From Malacoraja senta (lineage: Eukaryota): a stretch of 64,000 bases of DNA. Within the stretch, counting starts at the first letter, position 1. Each line of letters begins with the position of its first letter. Positions 39,600 through 52,000 of the stretch are shown here, one piece after another. The notes beneath the pieces are model-generated. The model did not search any database. It was not told the DNA's origin and saw only the letters and a program-made list of their open reading frames with translations. Both the position numbers and the translations under genes were made by a program. Location: NCBI GenBank assembly GCA_038087875.1, contig JAXLNO010000081.1:1-64000 (forward strand), written 5' to 3'.

Positions 39600-42500
39600 C
39601 TGTGGGAGAAACAGACTGGCGTGAGTAATATTTGATGACGAATTCAGAAATAAACATGAACTCAATCGTATACAGTTTATTTTGTAGCTAAGGAATCTTG
39701 GAGTCTACCAATACCTGTGGAGAAAAAGGTATGCGATGACAAGTTATCGGAGCGGGCCCAAACCTTCACAACCTGAAAGATACACCCCGAAGTCAGGGAA
39801 GGCAGGATGTAAGCTTACAGCAATTAGGTTAGGGTGTATTTTGTTCAGTTATGTTCACCCTAAACCAAGAGGCATATGGTGCTTTTAGAAAGAGCGCCGA
39901 AGATGTTGACCAGTATTATCCCAGAATGATGGGTACGATCTACAGGTTAGAAAACATATCTAAACCGAAATTCACTAAACTAAATTAAATCAAATCAATT
40001 GCACTCATCTCAACTCAACACAATTCACCACAACTCAACTGCAGTAAACACAAATCAACTCACCTGCACTTAACTCAACTTAGCTGCACAATACGCAAAG
40101 CAGCTGCACTAAACTCATCTCCTCAACTGCACGAACATCAACAAAATTACACTTAAGACAACTCAACTCAACTGCACTAAACCAACTGCACTAAACTCAA
40201 CTCAGATAAGCTGCACTGACATCAACAGAACTGCACTCAAATTCGCTCCACTATACTCAACTAAGTCAAATGCATTATATTCAACTGAACTACATTAAAC
40301 TCAACAGTACTAACTCCACTCCACTCCACTAAATTCCTCAACTAAACTCATCTCAACTGCATTTACCTCAACACAACTGTACTGAACTCAATTCTAACGT
40401 CAACCGCACTAACGTCAACCGCACCGCACTCAACACAACTGCACTCAACTCCGCTCCACTGAACTAGACTAAACTCAACTCAACTCCATTATAATCAACT
40501 GAACTACATCAACAGCACTAAGCTCAACTCAAATGGAATAAACCCATCTGCATTAAACTCAACACAAATCAACTGCACGAACCTCAACGCCACTTAACTC
40601 AACTGCATTTACCTGAACACAACTTATCTGCATTCATCTCAACCCAACTGCATTAAACGCAACTCAACTGCAATCAATTCAACTGAACTAAACTCTACGC
40701 ATCTGCACTAAACTCAACTCCTCAACTGCATTAACCTCATCACAATTCCTCAACTACACTCAACTTATCTGCACTATATTTAACACCACTGAACACAACT
40801 GCATTTACCGCAACACAGCTGTACTCAACTCAATTACATGCAACTCAACTTCACTGAAATCAACTGCATTATACTCAATTCAATTGAACTGCGCTGCACC
40901 CCACTCCACTGCAATCAACTCAACCGCACGAAACACAACTCAACAGCTGCACTAAGCTCAACACAGCTTAACAGCCCTCAACACTCCTCAACTGCGCTAA
41001 CTTCAACAAAACTACACCAAACTCCACTCAATCCAAATGCACCATACTCAACTGAACTCAATTGCACGAAATCTAAACAACTGCACTAAACACAACTCAG
41101 CTCCTCTACAATCCCCATGACTAAACTCAAGTCCACTGAAATAAACTACACACAACTGCACCAACTGGCGGGTCGCAGGACATGGAATATTAACTCTGGT
41201 CCTTTAGCCTTCAGCGTTATTCGAACATTGGCTGTCACCTGTCTATCAGTGTTTTGTGGATGAAGTAAAGAATATATTAAACTACAACATATTTACCGTG
41301 GTCTCTGTTCTGAATATTCAATATACAATATTCAATATTCAGGAGGGATAGACAGAAGGAAAGGAGGTGGGGTAGCATTGCTGGTTAGAGAGGAGATTAA
41401 CGCAATAGAAAGGAAGGACATTAGCTTGGAGGATGTGTATCGATATGGGTAGAGCTGCGAAACACTAAGGGGCAGAAAACGCCAGTGGGCGTTGTGTACA
41501 GGCCACCTAACAGTAGTAGTGGAGTTGGGGATGGCATCAAACAGGAAATTAGAAATGCGTGCAACAAAGGTAAAACAGTTATAATGGGTGACTTCAATCT
41601 ACATATAGATTGGGTGAATCAAATTGGCAGGGGTGCTGTGGAATAGGATTTCTTGGAATGTATGCGGGATAGTTTTCTAAACCAACATGTAGAGGAACCA
41701 ACGAGAGAGCAGGCAATTCAAGACTGGGTATTGAGTAATGAGGAAGGGTTAGTTAGCAGTCTTGTGCGTGGCCCCTTGGGCAAGCGTGACCATACTATGG
41801 TTGAGTTCTTCATTAGGATGGAGAGTGACATTGTTAATTCAGAAACAAGGGTCCTGAACTTAAAGAAAGGTAACTTTGAGGGTATGAAACGTGAATTGAC
41901 CAAGATAGACTGGCAATTGATTCTTAAAGGGTTGACGGTGGATATGCAATGGAAGGCATTTAAAGACTGCATGGATGAGCTACAACAATTGTTCATCCCA
42001 GTTTGGCAAAAGAATAAATCACGGAAGGTAGTGCATCCGTGGATAACAAGGGAAATCGGGGATAGTATTAAAACAAAAGATGAAACATACAAATTAGCCA
42101 GAAAAAGCAGCCTGCCAGGGGACTGGGAGAAATTCAGAGTCCAGCAGAGGAAGACAAAGGGCTTAATTAGGAAAGGGAAAATAGATTAACGAAGAAAACT
42201 GGCAGGGAACATAAAAACTGACTGCAAAAGTTTTTATAGATATGTGAAGAGAAAAAGATAAGGTAACACAAATGTAGGTCCCTTGCAATCACAAACAGGC
42301 GAATTGATCATGGGGAACAAGGACATGGCGGACCAATTGAATAACTACTTTGGTTCTGTCTTCACTGAGGAAGACATAAATAATTTGCCGGAAATAGCAG
42401 GGGACCGGGGGTCAAATGAGATGGAGGAACTGAGTGAAATCCAGGTTAGCTGTGAAGTGGTGTTAGGTAAATTGAATTGATTAAAGGCCGATAAATCCCC

Positions 42501-43282
42501 ATGGCCAGATAAGTTGCAACCCAGAGTACTTAAGGAAGTAGCCCCAGAAATAGTGGATGCATTAGTGATAATTTTTCAAAACTCTTTAGATTCTGGAGTA
42601 GTTCCTGAGGATTGGAGGGTAGCTAATGTAACCCCACTTTTTAAAAAGGGACGCAGAGAGAAAACGGGGAATTACAGACCAGTCAGTCTAACATAGGTAG
42701 TGGGGAAAATGCTAGAGTCAGTTATTAAAGATGGGATAGCAGCACATTTGGAAAGTGATGAATTCATTGGACAAATTCAGCATGGATTTATGAAAGGTAA
42801 ATCATGTCTGACAAATCTTATAGAATTTTTCGAGGATGTAATTTGTAGCGTGGATAAGGGAAGAGGGCTTTCGACAAGGTCCCACATAAGAGATTAGTAT
42901 GAAAACTTAAAGCACATGGTATTGGGGGTTCAGTATTGATGTGGATAGAGAACTGGCTGGCAGACAGGAAGCAAAGAGTAGGAGTAAACGGGTCCTTTTC
43001 AGAATGGCACGCAGTGACTAGTGGGGTACCGCAAGGCTCAGTGCTGGGACCCCAGCTACTTACAATATATATTAATGAACTGGATGAGGGAATTGAATGC
43101 AACATCTCCAAGTTTGCGGATGACACGAACCTGGGGGGCAGTGTTAGCTGTGAGGAGGATGCTAGGAAGCTGCAAGGTGACGGATAGGTTGGGTGAGTGG
43201 GCAAATGCATGGCAGATGCTGGATAATGTGGATAAATGTGAGGTTATTCACTTTGGTGGCAAAAACAGGAAAGTAGACTATA

Positions 43283-44856
43283 CAGTGGCTTGCAAAAGTA
43301 TTCATACCCCTTGAACTTTTCCACATTTTGTCACGTTACAACCACAAACGTAAATGTATCTTACTGGGATTTTATGTGATAGACCAACACAAAGTGGCGC
43401 ATAATTGTGAAGTGGAAGGAAAATAATACATGGTTTTCAAATTTTTTTACAAATAAAAAACTGAAAAGTGTCGCGTGCAAAAGTATTCAGCCCCCTTTAC
43501 TCTACCCCTAAATAAAATCCAGTTCAATCAATTGCCTTCAGAAGTCACAGTATAAATCTCAGTATAAATACAGTTGTTCTGTGAAGGCCTCAGAGGTTTG
43601 TTAGAGAACATTAGTGAACAAACAGCATCATGAAGCCCAAGAACACACCAGACAGGTCAGGGATAAAGTTGTGGAGAAGAATAAAGCAGGGTTAGGTTAT
43701 AAAAAAATCTCAAGCTGTGAACATCTCACGGAGCTCTGTTCAATCCATCATCCGAAAATGGAAAGAGTATGGCACAACTGCAAACCTACCAAGACATGGC
43801 CGTCCACCTAAACTGACCGGCCGGGCAAGGAGAGCATTGATCAGAGAAGCAGCCAAACATGGTAACTATGGAGGAGCTGCAGAGATCCACAGCTCATGTG
43901 GTAGAATCTGTCCACAGGACAGCTATTAGTCGTGCACTCCACAAATCGGGCCTTTGTGGAAGAGTGGGAAGAAAGCCATTGTTGAAAAAAAGCCATAAGA
44001 AGTCCCGTTTGCAGTTGGCCACAAGCCATGTGGGGGACACAGCAAACATGTGGAGGAAGGTGCTCTGGTCAGATGAGACCAAAATTGAGGTTTTTGGCCT
44101 AAATGCACAATGCTATGTGTGACGGAAACCTAACACTGCACATCACCCTGAACACACCATCCCAACTGTGAAACGTGGTGGTGGCAGCATCATGCTGTGG
44201 GGATGTTTTTCTTCAGCAGGGACAGGGAAGCTGGTCAGAGTTGATGGGAAGATGGATGGAGCCAAATACAGGGCAATCTTGGAAGAAAACCTACTAGAGC
44301 CTGCAAAAGACTTGAGACTGGGGCGGAGGTTCACCTTCCAGCAGGACAACGACCCTAAACATACAGCCAGAGCTACAATGGAATGGTTTAGATCAAAGCA
44401 TATTCATGTGTTAGAATGGCCCAGTCAAAGTCCAGACCTAAATCCAATTGAGAATCTCTGGCAAGACTTGAAAATTGCTGTTCACAGACGCTCTCCATCC
44501 AATCTGACTGAGCTTGAGCTATTTTACAAAGAAGAATGGGCAAAAATTTCAGTCTCTAGATGTGCAAAGCTGGTACAGACATACCACAAAAGACTTGCAG
44601 CTGTAATTGCAGCGAAAGGTAGTTCTACAAAGTATTGACTCAGGGGGGCTGAATACTTTTGTACGCGACACTTTTCAGTTTTTTATTTGTAAACAAATTT
44701 GAAAACCATGTATCATTTTCCTTCCACTTCACAATTAAGCACCACTCTGTGTTGGTCTATCACATAAAATCCCAATAAAATACATTTACGTTTGTGGTTG
44801 TAACGTGACAAAATGTGGCAAAGTTCGAGGGGTATGAAAACTTTTGCAAGCCACTG
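43283..44856 (+). mobile_element. Tc1/mariner transposon, essentially full length, ~210-bp terminal inverted repeats, TA target
   Basis: TA|cagtggcttgcaaaagtattcatacccc ... ggggtatgaaaacttttgcaagccactg|TA. Confidence 0.97.
43630..44638 (+). pseudogene. Tc1 transposase (DDE), frameshifted
   Basis: [22 protein letters not shown] and [11 protein letters not shown] distributed over several frames. Confidence 0.93.
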
Positions 44857-45542
44857 TATATCTGAATGGTGGCCGATTAGGAAAAGGGGAGATGCAATGA
44901 GACCTGGGTGTCTTGGTACACCAGTCATTGAAAGATGGCATGCAGGTGCAGCAGGCAGTGAAGAAAGCGAATGGTATGTTAGCATTCATAGCAAAAGTAT
45001 TTGAGTATAAGAGCAGTTGTACAGGGTATTGGTGAGACCACACCTGGAGTATTGCGTACAGTTTTGGTCTCCTAATCTGAGAAAAGACATTCTTGCCATA
45101 GAGGGAATACAGAGAAGGTTCACCAGACTGATTCCTGGGATGGCAGGACTTTCATATTAAGATAGACTGGATAGACTCGGCTTGTACTCGCTAGAATTTA
45201 GAAGATTGAGGGGGGATCTTATATAAACTTATACAATTAATAAGGGGAAGACAGGCTAGATGCAGGAAGATTATTCCCGATGTCGGGGAAGTCCATAACA
45301 ATGGGTCACAGTTTAAGGATAAGAGGGAAGTCTTTTAAGACCGAGATGGGAAAATCATTTTTTTACACAGAGAGTGGTGAATCTGTGGAATTCCCTGCCA
45401 CAGAAGGGAGTTGAGGCCAGTTCATTGGCTATATTTAAGAAGGAGTTAGATGTGGCCCTTGTGACTAAAGGTTTCAGGGGGTATGGAGGGAAGGCAGGTA
45501 CATGATACTGAGTTGGATGATCAGCCAAGATCATATTGAATG

Positions 45543-48500
45543 CAGTGGACATAGTGGACGCAGTTGGGAGACCCGGATGGTAGTTTGCCTCCCTGGTGCC
45601 AGGGTCTGTGATGTGTCTCAACGTGTCCAAGATATCCTGAAATGGGAGGGAGAGGATCCCGAGGTCGTGGTACATATAGGTACCAATGACATAGGTAAAA
45701 AAAGAAGAGGTACTGAAAGGAGAATTTAGGGAGTTAGGAGGGGAGTTAAAGAGAAGGACAGCAAAGGTAACAATCTAGGGATTACTGCCTGTGCCACGCG
45801 ACAATGAGAGTAGGAATGGAGCGAGGTGGAGGATAAATGCGTGGCTGAAGGTCTCGTGCAGAGGGCAGGGATTCATATTTCTGGTTCATTGGGACCTCTT
45901 TTGTGGAACGTGCGACCTGTACAAAAAGGACGGGTTGCACTTGAACCTGAGCGGGACCAATATCCTGGCGGGGAGATTTGCAAAGGCTACTGGGGAGACT
46001 TTAAACTAGAACGGTTGGGGGAGGGACTCAAATAGAGAAAGCTATTAGACAGTGTGTGAGGCAGGAGGCAGAGAAGGGAAGCACTCAGACCCAACAGGTA
46101 GGGGGGAAAGAAGAAAACAATAATAAACAGAGAATAAGAGGTGGTGGGGTTCTTAAATGGGTGAGCAGAGAAACAGAGGGGTGTAAATGCGGGCGGAAGC
46201 AATAGGTAGCAAGGTGAAAAGTAAAAGTGGCAGGCAGACAAATCCAGGGCAAAATTCAAAAAAGGCCACTTTTCAACATAATTGTAAAAGGGGTAAAAGC
46301 GTTGGAAAAAACAAGCCTGACCAAGGCTTGGAGCTGAACATCCAGGGATATTCAATATTCAGGAGGAATAGAGAGAAAGGAAAAGGAGGTGGGGTAGCGT
46401 TGCTGGTTAGAGAGGAGTTAACGCAGTGGAAAGGAAGGACATTAGCTTGGAGGATGTGGAATCGGTATGGGTAGTGCTGCGAAACACTAAGGGGCAGAAA
46501 ACGCTGGTGGGTGTTGTGTACAGGCCACCTAACAGTAGTAGTGAAGTTGGGGATGGCATCAAACAGGAAATTAGAAATGCGTGCAACAAAGGCAAAACAG
46601 TTATAATGGGTGACTTCAATCTACATATAGGGTGAATCAAATTGGCAGGGGTGCTGAGGAAGACGATTTCTTGGAATGTATGCAGGATAGTTATCTAAAC
46701 CAACATGTAGAGGAACCAACGAGAGAGCAGGCTATTCCAGACTGGGTATTGAGTAATGAGGAAGGGTTAGTTAGCAGTCTTGTTGTGCGTGCCCCCTTGG
46801 GCAAGAGTGACCATAATATGGTTGAGTTCTTCATTAGGATGGAGCGTGACATTGTTAATTCAGAAACAATGGTTCTGAACTTAAAGAAAGGTAACTTTGA
46901 GGGTATGAGACGTGAATTTGCCAAGATTGACTGGCAATTAGTTCTAAAAGGGTTGACAGTGGATATGCAATGGAAGGCATTTAAAGACTGCATGGATGAA
47001 CTACAAAAATTGTTCATCCCAGTTTGGCAAAAGAATAAATCAGGGAAGGTAGTGCATCCGGGGATAACAAGAGAAATCAGGGATAGTATCAAAGCAAAAG
47101 ATGATGCGTACAAATTAGCCAGAAAAAGCAGCATACCAGAGGACTGGGAGAAATTCAGAGACCTGCACAGGAGGACAAAGGGCTTAATTAGGAAAGGGAA
47201 AATAGATTATGAAATAAAACTGGCAGGGAACATAAAAACTGACTGCAAAGGTTTTTATAGATATGTGAAGAGAAAGAGATTAGTTAAAACAAATGTAGGT
47301 CCCTTGCAGTCAGAAACAGTTGAATTGATCATGGGGAACAAGGATATGGCGGACCAATTGAATAACTACTTTGGTTCCGTCTTCACTAAGGAAGACATAA
47401 ATAATCTGCCGGAAATAGCAGGGGACCGCGGGTCAAAGGAGATGGAGGAACTGAGTGAAATCCAGGTTAGTCGGGAAGTGGTGTTGGTTAAATTGAATGG
47501 ATTAAAGGCCGATAAATCCCCAGGGCCAGATAGGCTGCATCCCAGAGTACTTAAGGAAGTAGCTCCAGAAATAGTGGATGCATTAATGATAATTTTTCAA
47601 AACTCTTTAGATTCTGGAGTAGTTCCTGAGGATTGGAGGGTAGCAAACGTAACCCCACTTTTTAAGATGGGAGGGAGAGAGAAATCGGGGGATTACAGAC
47701 CAGTTAGTCTGACATCGGTAGTGGGGCAACTGCTAGACTCAGTTATTAAAGATGGGATAGCAGCACATTTGGAAAGTGGTGAAATCATTGGACAAAGTCA
47801 GCATAGATCTACGAATGGTAAATCATGTCTGACGAATCTTATAGATTTTTTCGAGGATGTAACTAGTAGAGTGGATAGGGGAGAACCAGTGGATGTGTTG
47901 TATCTGGACTTTCAGAAGGCTTTCGACAAGGTCCCACATAAGAGATTAGTATACAAACTTAAAGCACACGGTATTGGGGGTTCAGTATTGATGTGGATAG
48001 AGAACTGGCTGGCAAACAGGAAGCAAAGAGTAGGAGTAAACGGGTCCTTTTCACAATGGCAGGCAGTGACCAGTGGGGTACCGCAAGGCTCGGTGCTGGG
48101 ACCCCAGCTATTTACAATTTATATTAATGACTGCATGAGGGAATTGAATGCAACATCTCCAAGTTTGCGGATGAAACTAAGCTGGGGGGCAGTGTTAGCT
48201 GTGAGGAGGATGCTAGGAGACTGCAAGGTGACTTGGATAGGCTGGGTGAGTGGGCAAATGTTGGCAGATGCAGTATAATGTGGATAAATGTGAGGTTATC
48301 CACTGTGGTGGCAAAAAAAGGAAAGCAGACTATTATCTAAATGGTGGCCGATTAGGAAAAGTGGAGATGCAGCGAGACCTGGGTGTCATGGTACACCAGT
48401 CATTGAAAGTAGGCATGCAGGTGCAGCAGGCAGTGAAGAAAGCGAATGGTATGTTAGCTTTCATAGCAAAACGATTTGAGTATAGGAGCAGGGAGGTTAT

Positions 48501-49092
48501 ACTGCAGTTGTACAGGGTCTTGGTGAGACCACACCTGGAATATTGCGTACAGTTGTGGTCTCCAAATCTGAGGATGGACATTGTAGCCATAGAGGGAGTG
48601 CAGAGAAGGTTCAGCAGGCTGATTCCTGGGATGTCAGGACTTTCATATGAAGAAAGACTGGATAGACTCGGCTTATACTCGCTAGAATTTAGGAGAGAGA
48701 GAGGGGACCATATAGAAACTTACAAAATTCTTATGGATTGGACAGGCTAGATGCAGGAAGATTGTTCCCGATGTTGGGGAAGTCCAGGACAAGGGATCAC
48801 ACCCTAAGGATAAGGGGGAAATCCTTTAAGACCGAGATGAGAAAAAAATGTTTTTACACAGAGAGTGGTGAATCTGTGGAATTCTCTGCCACAGAAGGTA
48901 GTTGAGGCCTTATTGGCTATATTTAAGAGGGAGTTAGATGTGGCACTTGTGGCTAAAGGGATCAGGGGGTATGGAGAGAAGGCAGGTACGGGATACTGAG
49001 TTGGATGATCAGCCGTGATCATATTGAATGGCGCTGCAGGCTCGAAGGGCCGAATGGCCTACTCCTGCACCTATTTTCTATGTATCTATGTA
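45543..49092 (+). mobile_element. CR1 LINE #2 with ORF1 SGNH-esterase remnant and ORF2
   Basis: CLPGARV...VVVHIGTND (ORF1 esterase) and a 548-aa open ORF2 stretch at 46632-48278. tgaatg is duplicated at 45537-45542 and 49093-49098. Confidence 0.93.
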
Positions 49093-49979
49093 TGAATGGC
49101 GGTGCAGGCTCGAAGGGCCGAATGGCCTACTCCTGCACCTATTTCCTATGTTTCTATGTTCTTGTCGTATCCACTTGACCATCCTGTGGGAGAAACAGGT
49201 TAGCGTGAATAATATTGCATGACATTAATTCAGAAATGAACTTTTTAACTAATTCATATAGAGTTTACTTCGTAGCTAAGGAATCTTGGAGTCTACCAGA
49301 ACCTGTGGAGAAAGAACGAACTCAACTGCAGTACACTCTACTGCAATAAACAAATCAACTAAATTGCAACTAACTCAACTGTATTAAACTCAACTGCACG
49401 AATCTCAACGTAACTCAACTACACTAAATTCAACTCAACTACACTAAATTCAACTCAACTGCACAGAAAACTCAACTGCACTAACCTCAACCATTTGCAT
49501 TCAACACAACTGCACAAAAGCTCAACAACATGAACTCAACTCTCTTTACTCAAAACAACTCCACTGAACGCAACTCAACTCTACTAAACTCAACCCAATT
49601 GCATTCAACACAACTGCGCTAAACTCCTCAACTGCATGAACGTAACTACATCAATCCAACTCAACTCAATTGGATTAAACTCAAATGCACTAAACTCAGC
49701 TAAATTCAACTCAACTGAACTAAACTCAACTCATCACAAAAACAGCAGCCGTGTTGTTATCTGGGATTCCTGCTTCATTCACTACCTTTTCCCTCCTTGT
49801 AAAGCCAACCGTGAGGGAATTCTGCTCCGCTCACTGACGGGGGCGCCATTGGCAGGTCGTCGTCATGGATCATTAACCCTGGTCCTTTAGCCATCCGCGG
49901 TATTCTAACATTGACTGTCATCTGTCCATCAGTGCTTTGTGGATTAAGTGAAGAATGTATTAAACGACTTTATATTTAC

Positions 49980-50015
49980 CGTAGCCTCCGTTCTTATCGT
50001 ATCCACTTGACCCTC
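49980..50015 (-). CDS. Putative 36-nt microexon F (GGSSGYDKNGGY)
   Basis: Intact cag acceptor and gtaaat donor. Confidence 0.5.
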
Positions 50016-51964
50016 CTGTGGGAGAAACAGAGTGCTGTGAGTAATATTTGATGACGATTTCAAAAATAAGCATTAACTCAGTCGTATACCGTTTATTTTG
50101 TAACTAAGGAATCTTGGTGTCTACCAATAACAGTGGAGAAAAAAAGTATGCGATGACAAGTTATCGGATCGGGCCCAAATCATCACAACGTAAAAATACA
50201 CCCCGAAGTCAGGGAAGGCAGGATGCAAACTTACAGCAATTAGGTTTGGGGTGTATTTTGTTCACTTATTTTCACCCCAAACCAAGAAGCATATGGTGGG
50301 TTTAGAAAGAGCGCAGAAGATGTTGACCAGTATTATCCCAGAGTGGTGGGTACGAGCTACAGGTTAGAAAACATATCTAAACCAATCTAAACCGAAATGC
50401 ACTAAACTAAATTAAAAAACACTCAACTGCACACATCTCAATGCAACTCAACACAATTCACCACAACTCAACTGCAGCAACCACAAATCAACTCACCTGC
50501 ACTTAACTCAACTCTGCTGCACCATACGCAACGCAGCTGCACTAAACTCATCTCCTGAACTGCACGAACATCATCAAAACTACACTTAACCCAACTCAAC
50601 TGCACGAAACTCCTCAGAGAAGATGCAATGACATCGATATGAATAAAGACTGGATAGACTCGGCTTGTACTCGCTAGAATTTAGAAGATTGAGGGGGGAT
50701 CTTATAGAAACTTATAACATTCTTAAGGGTTTGGACAGGCTAGATGCAGGAAGATGATTCCCGATGTTGGGGAAGTCCAGAACAAGGGGTCACAGTTTAA
50801 GGATAAGGGGGAAGTCTTTTAGGACCGAGATGAGAAAATCATTTTTTACACAGAGAGTGGTGAATCTGTGGAATTCTCTTCCACAGAAGGTAGTTGAGGC
50901 CATATTGGCTATATTTAAGAGGCAGTTAGATGTGGCCCTTGTGGCTAAAGGGATCAGGGGGTATGGAGAGAAGGCAGGTACGGGATACTGAGTTGGATGA
51001 TCAGCCATTGAATGGCGGTGCAGGCTCGAAGGGCCGAATGGCCTACTCCTCCACCTATTTTCTATGTATCTGTGTATGAATGGCGGTGCAGGCTCGAAGG
51101 GCCGAATGGCCTACTCCTGCACCTATTTCCTATGTTTCTATGTTCTTGTCGTATCCACTTGACCAACCTGTGGGAGAAACAGGTTAGCGTGAATAATATT
51201 GCATGACATGAATTCAGAAATGAACGTTTTAACTCATTAATATACAGTTTACTTCGTAGCTAAGGAATTTTGGAGTCTACCTGAACCTGTGGAGAAAGAA
51301 CGAACACAACTGCAGTACACTCTACTGCAATAAACAAATCAACTAAATTGCAACTAACTCAACTGTATTAAACTCAACTGCACGAATCTCAACATAACTC
51401 AACTACACTAAACTCAACTCAACTACACTAAATTCAACTCAACTGCACAGAAAACTCAACTGCACTAACCTCAACCATTTGCATTCAACACAACTGCACT
51501 AAAAACTCAACAACATGAACTCAACTCTCTTTACTCAAATCAACTCCACTGAACGCAACTCAACTCTACTAAACTCAACCCAATTGCATTCAACACAACT
51601 GCGCTAAACTCCTCAACTGCATGAACGTAACTACATAAATCGAACTCAACTCAATTGGATTAAACTCAACTGCACTAAACTCAGCTAAATTCAACTCAAC
51701 TGAACTAAACTCAACTCATCACAAAAACAGCAGCCGTGTTGTTATCTGGGATTCCTGCTTCATTCACTACCTTTTCCCTCCTTGTAAAGCCAACCGTGAG
51801 GGAATTCTGCTCCGCTCACTGACGGGGGCGCCATTGGCAGGTCGTCGTCATGGATCATTAACCCTGGTCCTTTAGCCATCCGCGGTATTCTAACATTGAC
51901 TGTCATCTGTCCATCAGTGCTTTGTGGATTAAGTGAAGAATGTATTAAACTACTTTATATTTAC

Positions 51965-52000
51965 CGTAGCCTCCGTTCTTATCGTATCCACTTGACCCTC
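51965..52000 (-). CDS. Putative 36-nt microexon G (GGSSGYDKNGGY)
   Basis: Intact cag acceptor and gtaaat donor. Confidence 0.5.

Larger units (their letters stand above)
36750..41165. repeat. Degenerate pentanucleotide satellite blocks (AACTC/AACTG/CACTA) between cassettes
   Basis: Blocks at ~36750-38580, 39020-39325 and 39960-41165. Also present at 35200-35465 and in every array unit. Confidence 0.95.
41312..49156 (+). mobile_element. CR1 LINE #1, 5'-truncated, hosting a Tc1 element and CR1 #2
   Basis: Endonuclease and RT motifs across 41312-45542. The 3' UTR resumes at 49093 and ends in a tttctatg tail. Confidence 0.92.
41297..49183 (-). pseudogene. Microexon E (phase 1 GWSSGYDKNRDH) split by a 7.85-kb transposon insertion
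   Basis: Halves 41297-41311 (15 nt) and 49163-49183 (21 nt) sum to 36 nt, and tgttct is duplicated at 41306-41311 and 49157-49162. Confidence 0.75.

Noticed and set aside
46632..48750. Active reverse transcriptase gene
   Set aside because: CR1 ORF2 is frameshifted around the catalytic FADD region and disrupted in the endonuclease.
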